From Negaprion brevirostris (taxonomy: Eukaryota), in the NCBI GenBank assembly GCA_030324005.1, contig JARDVH010000001.1:123262584-123326583 (forward strand): DNA of 64,000 nucleotides. Direction: 5' to 3'. Below the pieces are notes generated by a model. The model was given only the letters and a program-made list of their open reading frames with translations. It was not told the DNA's origin and did no database searches. This document shows, piece by piece, positions 1 through 12,108 of the stretch (positions are counted from its first letter, which is position 1; every line of letters starts with the position of its first letter). A program made the position numbers and the translations under genes.

Positions 1-2967
1 ATCTTATTGAATGGCGGGGCAGGCTCGAAGGGCTAGATGGCCTACTCCTGCTCCTATTTCTTATGCTCTTATGTAAAACACGAGAAAAATAGTGAAAAAT
101 GCAACATTCATACAGAGATTAGAAATGAGAAATTGAGAATCCAAATAAAAGTTTAAAAATATGCATATTAGACTCTGGCTTGTCCATGAGGTGTAGATGG
201 CAGTGTGTAATAGTTGTCAAGCTGGTTGTTTCTGGTAGAGCTGACTTTGGCAGTTTTAGTTAGAGACACTTGGTTTGGCAGGATAGTCAAAGAGGCTGTT
301 GGTTCATTTCAATTGTGGCTTCTGCTGAGCTTTGTGTCCAGCAACAAAGGGAGAGAGAGACTCCCTGCTACTGGGTGGTGTTTCTTCTTAATTGTTTGTG
401 TCATTTGTTCTGGCACACCAGATCTGAGATCTGCAGCAGACTTTTAACCCATTCCCCTTTGTATCCCTGGGGAAAGTCTTGCAAAGAGTCTCTTCTTTGC
501 CCAACCTCTGACTATTTTGAGACAAAAATCAACAGGAGATGGATCTTTGGATAGCTGAGATGTGGCAGTCTCCATTGTCTCCACAACCACGGGACATTAA
601 GATTCAGTTTTTTTGCATTTCATCTCTTCCAATGTCTGAAGTAAGCCTTTTCAGTGTGACATTCCATGTTCTCTCAGAACAGGTCTGTGAACTATAATCC
701 ACAATGGAATTTTCCATTTTTCTTTATAACAACACAAAGCTGCAGATAGCCTTGGAGGACAACCTCAAGCAGCCCTGGGTCAACACTTCAGCATTAGCAG
801 CAGCTGCTTGAGCTGTTAACTAACAAAAACAGAAAGGGCACTGGTGCGAGTTGGCAATGTTGAGAGCACAGATAGTTGCGGAGGCTGCATAAAGTCACTG
901 TCACTTCTCTGTGGCAGGGCCATATAATCCTAGTAACATGTTGAAGGACAGATTGTTGAACTGCTGTGAAATTCTCCATACCCCTTTAAACAGTGGTATC
1001 TGCAGTCTGAATGTGAAAGGCAGCCAGCTGATTTTGCATGACTTCAGACTGAGCTTCCACTGCAGTACCCACGCGTTGGATGTCAGATGCTTGTGCTGAA
1101 AAAAAGAGATCAGCCATCAGATGCTGCACCATGCTTGGATCCAGAAGTGTTCTCATGGAGTTGGCCACACTGAAGAGGATGGGCTCTAAGCTCAGTATAA
1201 AATCCCACACCAAGTTGACTCCTTCAGTCTTCTCGACAGTGACCGCAGAATTGTTGGCAGGCTTACCAACACGCAAGCATTTCATTTGTGCCGATCAGCC
1301 CTTCTGCTAAAGATCACTGCATCAAAGTAACAAGTCCTCTGCAGAAAAACTTCTGTGTAACCTCAACTGCCAGTGACTGGCCTCTCAACCTCTAGTCCCT
1401 CACCCAGGCCACAGATCATTGGTGTCTAAAGTCTGAGCTCATGCATATTCTACCTCACATGGGATAAATAAACATGCCCTGACCTTTTTTTTAGAAAAAT
1501 AAAGAGGTTCTGGCTGGTGCTCCTCTCCAATGTTACTTTCCTTTTGAATGACAAGCCTTTCAACTCCTTCCCTATAAAAGTACCCCAGAGGCCTATCAAC
1601 CAAACCAATCATAATGTGGATCGGTTAAGTCGCTAGAGACATCTTAATGAAGTGTTTCACATCTCCTAGTTCTACTGCAGAAAATAGTAAGAATTAGCTC
1701 ATTACATTGCATCAAATTTCCTTCTGTCTTAGTTGTGTTATACCTGTGTATACTCATTTTGCCTTAAGCCACAATAAATGAAACTCATTCCCAGATTCTT
1801 TGTACGGAAAAAAAAAATCAACAATCCCAAAATGTGACATGCTGATTTTCCCTTCACTTCCCCAAACACACGCAGATAGATCTCTGATCACATACGTTAG
1901 GAAAATGCTGCAGAAACTCAGCTCCTGAGTTTCCACCAGTTTGATATTACCCTGGGCTGCTCTTGGAGGTTCCGAGAGTGGCCTAGTACGTTGTGTCGGT
2001 GTGCGTGCTTGATCCTGGACCGGTAGACGNNNNNNNNNNNNNNNNNNNNNNNNNNNNNNNNNNNNNNNNNNNNNNNNNNNNNNNNNNNNNNNNNNNNNNN
2101 NNNNNNNNNNNNNNNNNNNNNNNNNNNNNGGTTGTTCTTTGTTCTTTGTTTGGAATTTCCAGGGCTTTTTTGTAGTGGACTTTAGTCTTCACTACAGTAG
2201 ACACAGTTGTGTGTGAACCTCTTAAATTAGGTAGCAATGGGTGTTCTTGGTTATTGGAAGTGTTCAGGGACCAAGCAAATTAAAGTGGCCAAGGTGGGAA
2301 ACCCCAGTAGTATTGGGTTCGTACAAGAGCGGCACACCTTAAGAAACAAAAGTTGGCTAGATCACAAATTCATGATTTAAATGAAAATTGAATGAATTAC
2401 CAGAGTTGAAATGACCAAAACACCAAATAAATCCTATTAAAACACCCAAAGAATAAAAGTCAGGGATGTGTCCTTCCTTGTGTAAAGCTGACAATCTCGT
2501 CTCCAACTGGATCTGGATTCAAGATAGTGCCAGAATGAACCACCTTTTTGCCCCCAGAACCTTCTAATTCTATGCTTTTAAAACTGTCCTATAACGCTTT
2601 TCACTATATTCTGCACCAAAGAACAACACAGCACAGGAAACAGGCCCTTCGGCCCAACAAGCCCGCACCGCCATTTTAACACTCAGAGAATGCCTCATTC
2701 CAATCCTTCTTCTACCTATGACTTTTGCCTACGCCTCTAGGATTTCACAATAAAGGTGTGCAAATTTAGAGAATTATATATGTGTGCCAGATTTAGGGAC
2801 GTCTCCTTTCCTTCTCTCCTATGTATTCTATGATCAGAATGCTTTGTGTAGCATGCAAGAAATACTTTTCACTGTATCCCAATACACGTAACAATAATAC
2901 ATCAAATCAAGTTAGTGAAAGGGAACTTTTAGTACAAGGTCAAACCATACAGTTAGTTTGCTTCTAA

Positions 2968-3225
2968 ATAGAACATAGAAAAAGTACAGAACAAAGGCCC
3001 TTCGGCCCACAAGTTGCTACCGATCATATCTCTACCTACTAGGTTTACCTATAACCCTCAATCCTATTAAGTCCCATGTACTCATCAAGAAGTCTCTTAA
3101 AAGACGCTATCGAATTTGCCTCCACCACAACCGACGGCAGCCAATTCCACGCACCCACCAACCTCTGAATGAAAAACTTACCCCGACATCTCTTCTGTCT
3201 CTACTCCCCAGCACCCTAAACCTGT
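2968..3225 (-). mobile_element. CR1-clade LINE 3' end fragment
   Basis: The tail atagaacatagaa...ggcccttcggcccac is the reverse of the CR1 3' UTR with its (ttctatg)n terminus, also seen at 11650-11700. Confidence 0.7.
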
Positions 3226-3294
3226 TAAAATGCTTAAATGTATAATGCTTCTAAACTATAAAACTTGATGAAACTCTGAACACCACAGCTGTAC

Positions 3295-3473
3295 CTGATA
3301 GAGTGAGCGTACACTGGGCTGAAAGACCATATTAGTGTTGAGCAAGAAAGAACGGAGGAGGGGCTGTGGATAACAAGCTAGTTGAGCGACAATCCCAGTA
3401 AGCAGCAAGTTTACGTGCAATTCATTTTCCGGCATATTCTCCAGCTTTGATAATAAAACGCTGATGAATGGTC
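3295..3473 (-). CDS. FHIP1A: FHIP1A coding exon, (G)PFISVLLSKLENM...FQPSVRSLYQ, C-terminal conserved region
   Basis: Matches recalled GPFISVVLSKLENMLEN...PQPLLRSFLLNTNMVFQPSVRSLYQ. Acceptor tttgcag|GA, donor CAG|gtacag. 179 nt, phase 1-0. Confidence 0.95.
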
Positions 3474-5069
3474 CTGCAAACAGAAAGGTCAAGTGAGTCA
3501 GGAGAAGACAATTGCATCTGAATTACCACCTTGACTGCCAGTTACAAAAGTACCTTTAACAGGTTGCCTGATTGTCCAGTTTAAAAATCCCTCCTTAATA
3601 GAGAATTTACATAATCCTACTTGTTATAACCTCTTCACTCGGTCATGAAAAATGGGATAGTTGAGCCTTGCACCCGAGGCATTAGAGATACCTTTGGTTT
3701 TTGGAACTGCATCGAGCAGAAATCAATACATACAAGAGAGGAAGACACAAGTTTAGAGGAGTGGGGAGGAGGATTAAATGTTCTGTATATAAATCAATAA
3801 GGAAAAGTAATTATTTTTAGTGTCTTTAATGCTGAATTAATTGATCTCAACCAACACTCTCAATCAGTTTCAAATGGTTCTAGGTCAATGGAAAGGAGAA
3901 AAGAAAATTCATCTAATATGCCCTCTTCTGTCCAGCCATGCCTGTTGGAACATATACACGTGTTGGACATTGAGAGAGGTCAGAATAATATAAACATCCC
4001 ACTGACATCCATGTCTAGACTCACATGAAAAATGACCATTTATGTGAAGTCCAGTAATATTTTTATAAGAGCAAACAGCATCGTCTAATTTCATATCATA
4101 GAAACATTTATCTTTTCAAACTTCTAACATGTAAAAATTGTCAAAACAAAGCACAGATAAAATTCTCTTTTTAAAAACAGTCATTCCCAAATCTTTTAAA
4201 CAGGTTCCGAGGTACCACGTGTTAGTGGCCTGAATTGTCTGAATGACAGACATGCTCCAGCCCCTACTGGGGAAGCATCTTGACAATGCCACATCCGGGA
4301 TTTCTGGAACTTTGACAGTGGGAATTGGCAGTCATAAAATAGTACCTACAAGCACTGGGATGCCACTCGAGTCCAGCAACTGGATTATTTAAATGCAGTG
4401 TAGCAACACTGAACGCAACAGCTAGAAATGGTGGAACTGCAAACTTTGCTTCAATGAAGTGAAGTTTAGTGTTTCCAAAATATGCATGGATTATAAACAT
4501 CATTGTAAAGCACGACTGAACCAGTCAAATGTAAACTGAAAGAATGCAGATTTGGAATAGATTTTGAATGTGGATGTTTTCAAATGTTTCCTTTGCAATG
4601 TTAGTTCAGTTTTGTTTGAACTCAGATTGAGTTTTAAGGAATTGGGGACACTATATTCTTGCTTCCAAATTTATACGTAGAATTTCCAAAGCTTACAGAA
4701 AAAGAAAATTGTTCCGCTTCTCATCCCTGTGGGGTTTCCTGACTGCACAATGTTTCACAATACTACTGGAGGGGTTCATGAATATGGTGGCTAATTGAGG
4801 CCACAACACAAATTTTTGCAGGCACCAGTGATGATACCCTGCCAGTTAGAGTACCTGCCTATTATTTCTATTCCGTCCCCTCCAGCTCAGCCAATTCCTT
4901 AACCAGGTAAATAATTAAATCAATTATCTGATCTTCTGTCTGTTGTGTGGAGGACCTCACTGTTTGCCTACAAAACAGTTACTTCAAAAGTAAACCACTG
5001 TTTGCAAAGCAATTTGAGATTTCTTGCCTTCTTTGTCATATAGCTGGTTGTGTTCTCCTGATTTTTTAA

Positions 5070-5440
5070 AATTCATGCATGGGATGCGGGCATTGCTGGC
5101 TGTGTCAGCATTTGTTGCATATCCCTAATTGCCCTTGAACCAAGTGCCTCACTTCACCATTTCAGAGGACAGTTAAAAGACAACTGTATTTCTGTGGGTC
5201 TGGGGTCACATGTAGGACGGATTGGATAAGGATGGCACATTTCCTTCTCTGAAGGGTATTCGCGAACCAGATGGGTATTTTCATATAATCAACGATGGTT
5301 TCGTGATCATTAAAATTTTTTTTTGTTGATTTCAAATTTCACAATTTGTCATGGTGGGGTTCAAACCCAGGTCCCTAGAGCATTCATTATCCTTGGTCTC
5401 TACTAGTCTAGTGACAATACCACTATGCCACCACCTCCCC
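5070..5440 (-). mobile_element. tRNA-derived SINE (second family) sharing its 3' tail with a LINE; related copies at ~46455-46650, ~55595-55925 and a head at ~20000-20125 (+)
   Basis: B-box-like gggttcaaaccc near 5357. The body tttcagagg.cagttaa...gatggca.atttccttc is repeated in the other copies. Confidence 0.65.
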
Positions 5441-5994
5441 AAACAGAGTCTGTCTAACATGAGACAGATTAGATAGACAGCTGATCTTGTTTGATGCTTT
5501 TTCTTATTCATGTACTATATAATACAAAATAAGTGAAATATCTAGCAGTAACTACCAAAGTTCAAGTGTTAATCGAGAGCATTTTCCACTTAATTTTTAC
5601 TTTGGAATTAAACTTAATGAAGTTGATCAGCCATGCTAAATTGCCCCTTTTGTTCCAAGATGTGTAGTTTAGGGGGATTAACAGGGTTAAATATGTGGGG
5701 ATAGGGGCTGGGTGGGATTGTTGTCGATACAGGCTTGATGGGCTGAATGGCCTCCTGTGTTGTAGGGATTCTCCAGGACATTCACCTCAATCGTGTTGTA
5801 TTTATTATTTCCATGTTTTCCAACCTTTAGGTTATCCCTCTGTTCTTAATCTAAACACACTGACACTACATTGGCCATGACTATTGGAATTCTGTAAGCT
5901 CATCTTCATCCAGATCGAGGTTCAAACTGGAGATGTACCTGGACTGTACAACCTTGAAACTCAATGAGCTGAAAGAAATGAAAAAGCTTTGGAT

Positions 5995-6415
5995 TTAAAA
6001 ATCAACTTTCTTGAACATCTCAGAATGTTCCAAAGTAGTTTACAACTGATTAAGTACATTTTTGCAGTGGGGTTACTGTGGTATCATTGGAAATACGACA
6101 GCAAATCTGCATTGAGCAAAGTTCCACAAACAGCACTGAGAATTTGAGCTAGCAATGTTTATTGAGAATTAAATATTGACCAGGACACTGGGAAGGGAAA
6201 CAAAGACCCCTAAGAGATCTGTTACATCTATTTGAGAGGACAAACCATCATTTTAACATCTCATCGATCGCTCATTATTTCCGACAATGCCACACTCCCT
6301 CAGTACTACATTGGAATTATAGCTTAGATTTTGCAATCTCATCTCAGCAGTGGGGCTTGAACCCATAATGTTCTGACTCCAAGGCTAGAGTACTACATAA
6401 AAACCAAGGCAAACA
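5995..6415 (-). mobile_element. Deu-domain SINE (SacSINE1/AmnSINE-like), decayed
   Basis: The reverse strand shows a tRNA-like head (gggttcaagcccc), then gtactgagggagtg...gatgagatgttaaa...ccagtgtcctggtcaatatttaa, the recalled Deu core, and an L2-like tail. Confidence 0.65.
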
Positions 6416-6592
6416 CCTAAATAAACTCAGCAAACCATTCGAATGGTCAATGATAGTTGCCACATGCATTAAGTTCAGATGTAGACAAATTACATCATGT
6501 TCAGTTCCCTTATTTCTTCAACTCCTCTGCCAATATACGTATTCGGAGCAGGAGTAGGATGCTCCATCATTCAATAAAATCAGGATAAATAC

Positions 6593-7672
6593 CTGTAAAT
6601 GGAGCTCCATGTATTCTAGCAGGATTATTGGAATACATCAGATGAACCTTCGGTCCAAATGGAAAAGTTATATTGTCAAGAAGAGGGGGTTCAGAGAACT
6701 TCTCAAAGTCATCTTCCTCTTCTGTAGGAGTGCTGGGTTCAGATGCATTCTCCTTCAGTATTGCCGAGTTATCAGGATTAGAGTTTAGCTTCGCAAGAAG
6801 ATCCTGATACTGTGAAAGGAAATCATCAGTCTCGACATTCAAAACATGTTGGTCAGAGCACTTGGACTCAGTATTTGATATGTGCAAACTGTCCTCCTGT
6901 TCCTTTTGTGTATGTGCAGCTCCCTGTCCTGAGTGCTCCATTTCTGTGCCCTGCTCAGATTCTACACTCTCAATAGTTTGTTTCTCTGAAGTAATATTCC
7001 TTGATGTACTCTGCAATGTCCTATTGGCCAGCCCATCATTTGTCGGTGTTTTCTGTTGTGTACTTTTTACTGAAGCTGATCTTTTCACATTTTTAACATT
7101 AGTTTCAATATTATCCTGGGCATCCTTTTCTGCACAGAGTCTATAAACCATGACATCATCATGAAAATCCGACTCCTCAATGTAAGAGCCTCTAATGAGC
7201 ATTAATGCACTTTTCTTCATCTCCTGAATGTGCTTGGGAGGATCTACTGGTTGTGTACTGTTTCCAGTTTCTTGCTTAATTGCAAAAGGTAAGTAAGGCT
7301 GCATAGAGTCTTCATCGGACCCTGGGGACATTCCAGTGTCATAGCTGTTGTCCCATTCCAGGTCTAGTTGCATCCTTTCCCNNNNNNNNNNNNNNNNNNN
7401 TCTAGTCCTCCTGATAACAGAACTGTGTTGGCCTTTAGCTGATGTTTTGCTGCTGAGTTTACTGGTGTCCTCTGGCAATGCCATGGAAACAAAAGCTTCA
7501 GCATCTGGATTTTCCCCATCGTAAGGTGCAGACCACACTCTGCAGTTTTTCATGCAGGCAGTGATGTTAACTCGAGCCTCCCACAGGTACTGCAGGTAAC
7601 TAATATCTAATGGTTTGCGAAGTCTGGTCCAATCCCCTGGAATTTGTGCACATTCCACAAAACCCTTAGAAC
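6593..7672 (-). CDS. FHIP1A: FHIP1A large central exon (LDISYLQYLWEA...LEWDNSYDTG...GSYIEESDF...acidic linker...APFT); contains a 19-N gap at 7382-7400
   Basis: Lies within the 363-aa ORF. Conserved blocks include LDISYLQYLWEA, DPPKHIQEMKK and SYIEESDFHDDVMVYRLCAEKD. Acceptor ttttag|GT TCT, donor ACA G|gtattt. Phase 1-1. Confidence 0.92.
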
Positions 7673-8746
7673 CTAAAAGAAAATGGGATTGAAGTCAATA
7701 CTATGGAAGACATCTAATGATAAAGAATATTTGCAGTGCACATATTTTAAACAATCTTATTTGATCCTCCCAAAAATTTTCTTTCCACTTTTCTTACAAT
7801 GTTGTCTTGTACAGTTAACACTTCCATTACACCCAGCATCCTCCACTACCTCAATTATGTGCGAGTCTAGATTGTTTCCAGCATTAGACATGTATAACTA
7901 CAACCAAGGGGAGGTCAAGTAACCTCTTCTCAGAACCTGCCAGGTTCCTCTTAAAAAGTAGTTTTTGTTGAGCTCACCACTAGAAAGCATGCCAGAGCAG
8001 CCCCAGGACATAGGTTTCCTAATGCCCTTTCTTTTACTGGATTGAATCCCTGGTTTTCAACTCTGCCTCTCCTTCACGCACAATAAAGAGCTAAAACTTG
8101 TGTAAGGAACTGGCTAGCTTAAACATTCTGTGGTGCATGCTTTGAGCATTAAATTGACCAGTAACTGACATAGAACCAAGCTTATTGTGTTTGTTACAAT
8201 AACTACGACTACTATAGAAAAATAAAATGTGCAATGAACTATTTTCATGAAATAAGATGATAGAAAAGGAATATTTCTGTACTTAAAAAAAACACAGGAT
8301 AGCAGAATTGTTTGTAAAACAAATAAAAACAGGGTTAAAAGGAAGTTTAAAGGACTAACAAGGAAAACATGGCATCTCTCAGTAATACACGCTGGGACCA
8401 CTGCTAACGAAATTGGTTAGACTCAAAAATTAAAAAGATATATGCTTATGCTTATCCTGAGTCTCTTGAATTTGATGTTGTGTCTTTATTATTGCACCAA
8501 TTCTATCTTATCTGAGTCACCAAGAACTTGAAAGATAAATTTATCCTGTGTAGAAAGAAATATCATCAGTTATCACCTCCTTGTAGCCACTTAAGTTGAT
8601 TTCCTCCTCCATATACATTGTAAAAGTAAACAAATTCTGTACGGAACTCCATGTTAATTCCATAAATGGCTAGAAAGTTATTCTACAATTTTTACATTGT
8701 ACAAAGATTGAATAAAACAATACGCTAAAACAGAATTAACTTCTAC

Positions 8747-8949
8747 CTTCAGTGGCAGTATGGGATGAATCAGCAACCTTCGATCCCAGAAAGTATTCAC
8801 CTTCATGATTTCCATGGGTCATTTGGATCCCGGAATTACAGCAGGTTGGAGTTAAGGCAAGCAACTTGGCAGCTGACACAGAGTAGCAATCTCTCTCCCT
8901 CACTGCCCCACGCTGGCTCAACATCATGTGATTACACGGTATCAGATAC
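8747..8949 (-). CDS. FHIP1A: FHIP1A coding exon, (R)YLIPCNHMMLSQRGAVRERDCYSVSAAKLLALTP...ATE
   Basis: Matches recalled YLIPCNHMMLSQRWAVKERDCYSVSAAKLLALTP. Acceptor ttacag|G TAT, donor GAA G|gtagaa. 203 nt, phase 2-1. An alternative in-frame donor lies 6 nt further on. Confidence 0.9.
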
Positions 8950-10720
8950 CTGTAACAGCGAAGCCCTTCAATTAGTGATGCTGGGATAATTATAAATTAG
9001 CTGTGAAACCTGGCAATAATGTTCTATTTACACTGTTTCCTTTAGACTACAGCATTGCCTTCAATGCCAAAAATCCTATCAGAGGTAACATTGTAGAATA
9101 AGTTATTCTAATGTCCCATCATTGGAGGCAGCAAAACACTCTTGGAATGAAATGTCACGCCCTGTATGTAATCAGAAGTACAAGCTGCAGCTGCAAGCTA
9201 CTTATGTTTGCTGCAATGTTTGACTTAAGTTTTCCATTTGGATCTGCCTGCAAGCAGGAAGATCCATCACAGCCTATCAATATAGGACAACAAGGAACTG
9301 GTAATGTAAGCAAGGTGACTCAATCCCCCTGAACCAGTACAATCACTGGATGAGGCAAAAAGGAAAAAAAGGTAAAAGCACCTTTCTTCCTCTGCGGGAT
9401 TTTCTTTTCCTCCTCCTTTGTTCTCCCACCATTTGTAAATTGAATTAACTTAAAGGTTGCATCACATCCTGAGACTGAAACTTGTTGGGACTGGTTCACA
9501 AGCACAAAATCTGCTGTTACTTTCAGAATAATGACACTTCTAAATTGTTTCAAAGATACAGGTCCTTTAACTCAAGACACCCTGAAAATGACAGCAAACT
9601 CCATTTCAACAATAATGAAATTTTCAACTGAAAGAAAAATATGCATTTATGTGTTGACAAAACAGGGCATCTTTCAATCCCCCTTGTGTTTAGGGCTAAC
9701 ACCTCACTCTGATTTTTATCAGCCAGCATGGCTAATTTATATTTTTTTTCAAAAGCTGGGCGAAGTTTTAAAATGACTGAAGTCATGGCTAGCCATGACT
9801 CATACAAAAGGAATGTTCTGGCATTCAGAGAAACTGACACTTCATTTTCTCTAAAGCGACACTAATGGCCTCTTTGATTGCAGAGGCCAAATTCCAAGGG
9901 AATTGTCCAGAAGCCATTTACCTTCTTAGGGTAGTTCTGGCCAACAGTGATGACCGTTCTGCTAGGACAAAGGATCCTGAAACTTCTTTTCAAATCCTTC
10001 ATGGTTGAAACATTACCAATCTCAAGAATCCAGACCAAGGAATATACATCTTTTGTCCAAGCCGAAGTGGAGAGGTGGGAGTCACGTGACCATTCTTCCC
10101 CTCCTCACAAGTTGGTGGAACATGTATTATTGACTTGTGTGCTAAGCTCAGACTGCCATGTTTTATTTAGAAAGTGCTCTGTCCAGATTTGAATACCTGA
10201 TTCCCCACCTACCCTTTTTCACCCTTTTTCCAGCACCTACGAGACTAACTCATCTCTATGTGCCTGTCTCATCATGCAAGTCATGTGTACTGGAAAAGTG
10301 AATTATCCACATCAGTCTTCATCCTGCTGCCTCTGTGAAAGAACACATCACTGGATTTTGATTCTAGACTCTGGACTCACATGAAATGATTCTTATTTTG
10401 TCCACGGTCTTTGTCTTGTACCTTTTTTTTTTCTCTATCCCACCTTTATTGTATGAATGAAAAGAAGGCCATGTTGCCATTATCCTCTTGCATTTGAATG
10501 TGTGCAAATAAACTAACCCTTTTAGTTCGTCCTATTTTGAGTTTGCTGTGCGATTATTAACAGAGAATTGTTACTTCTGTACTACTACTACTTCTGTACT
10601 TCGTCTCCCAAACCCTTACTCTAACTATTCAGTACTCCTTGACTTTCCTATTCTTCTGTTATCATCTCAGGCTTGACTCTCTCTAGAAAGCTGAGGGATT
10701 GAGAAATATTCTACCACTTT

Positions 10721-11030
10721 GGGCAGCACAGTGGTTAGCACTGCTGCCTCCTAGCACTAGGGACCTAGTTTTGATTCCAGCCTTGGGTTACTGTCTGTGT
10801 AGGGCTTGCAAGTTCTCCTCATGCCTGTGTGGGTTTCCTCCAGATGCTCCAGTTTCCTCCCACAGTCCAACTATGTACAGGCTATGTGGATTAGCCATAG
10901 TAAATGTATAGGATTACGGGATATGTGGACTGGGTAAGATGGCCCCCTTTAGAGGGAGGTGGGGGGGAAAGAGAGGGAAACGAGTAAGATGCTCTTTCAG
11001 AGAGTCGGTGCAGAATGATTCTATTATTCA
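10721..11030 (+). mobile_element. HE1-type V-SINE
   Basis: Head gcacagtggttagcactgctgcctc (A box) and V-domain gtgggtttcctccagatgctccagtttcctcccacagtccaa. Confidence 0.85.
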
Positions 11031-11419
11031 CTTTTAATGGTAGAAATCAAAAATTAAAAACAGTTTTCTGTTTAATGATGGGTGGTGAGAGAAGAAATTA
11101 ATGCAGTTTAAATTAAGTGCCTTTCTGTCCATAACACTTGTTGCAACTTAGCTGGATAGAGACTAGCTTCTAAGATGCAAGTCTGCTTCAGTTGTATTGT
11201 GGAACAGAACTGGCAACAATGGTTTGATTGCAGAAAAGTTGTGGATGCAATCTTAAAGCAATTGTCCATTGACAATTCTTACACATACATGCACAGACCA
11301 CTTTATGAGTTTATTCAACTTCCAAGAATCAAGATCCACATAGGCATAATATGCCAGCAAAAGTTGCATTAGTAGCTTTTATAGCTGAGTTGATTTTTCC
11401 ATCCACCCATGGCCAATAT

Positions 11420-11700
11420 ATATTCTTGAGGGGTTGAAAATAGATAAGTCCCCTGGTCCGGATGGGATCTACCCTAGGATTCTCTGGGAGGCNNNNNNNN
11501 NNNNNNNNNNNNNNNNNNNNNNNNNNNNNNNNNNNNNNNNNNNNNNNNNNNNNNNNNNNNNNNNNNNNNNNNNNNNNNNNNNNNNNNNNNNNAAGGGATT
11601 GGTATAGGCTAGTGGGTCACTGTTTTTGTAACTGGTCGGCGCAACATCGTGGGCTGAAGGGCCTGTTCTGCGCTGTAATGTTCTATGTTCTATGTTCTAA
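11420..11700 (+). mobile_element. CR1 LINE pieces on either side of a gap
   Basis: The left side encodes KIDKSPGPDGIYPRILWE, typical of CR1 ORF2. The right side ends in a (ttctatg)n tail. Confidence 0.75.
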
Positions 11701-11812
11701 TTGTAAATGGCAGACCTGATATGATGGAAACTGTTTAGTTTTGTTTACACTTATTCCACTGGAAGCATTCAGTGGAGCTATTAGCCAAGGAGAGATGGCA
11801 CCAATCCCTTTA

Positions 11813-12108
11813 AAGTTTATTTATTAATGTCATAAGTAGACTTACATTAACATTGCAATGAAGTTGCTGTGAAAATCTCCTAGTCGCCACACTGCAGCAC
11901 CTGTTCAGGTACACTGAAGGAGAATTTAGCATGGCCAACGCATCTAACCAGCACACTTTTTGGACTGTGGGAGGAAATCGGAGCACCCAGAGAAAATCCA
12001 GGCAGACATGGGGAAAATATGCAGATTCCACACAGATAGTGATCCAAGCCGGGAATTGAACCCAGATCCCTGGGGCTTTGAGACAGCAGTGCCAACCACT
12101 GTGCCACC
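11813..12108 (-). mobile_element. HE1-type V-SINE, full length
   Basis: Reverse complement of the SINE head (aaccactgtgccacc) and V domain. Tail cttacattaacattgcaatgaagttgctgtgaaaat. Confidence 0.88.

Noticed and set aside
794-1310. Overlapping short ORFs as the missing last FHIP1A exons
   Set aside because: None resembles the expected VLASVKNKIE... or ...EFLKELAALAQEH peptides. Those exons are probably outside the window.
6862-7146. Plus-strand ORFs opposite FHIP1A exons (also 39841-40106 and 60851-61441)
   Set aside because: Antisense shadows of real coding exons.
10721-10790. tRNA genes at SINE heads (here and at other copies)
   Set aside because: A and B boxes are followed by SINE bodies, with no complete cloverleaf.
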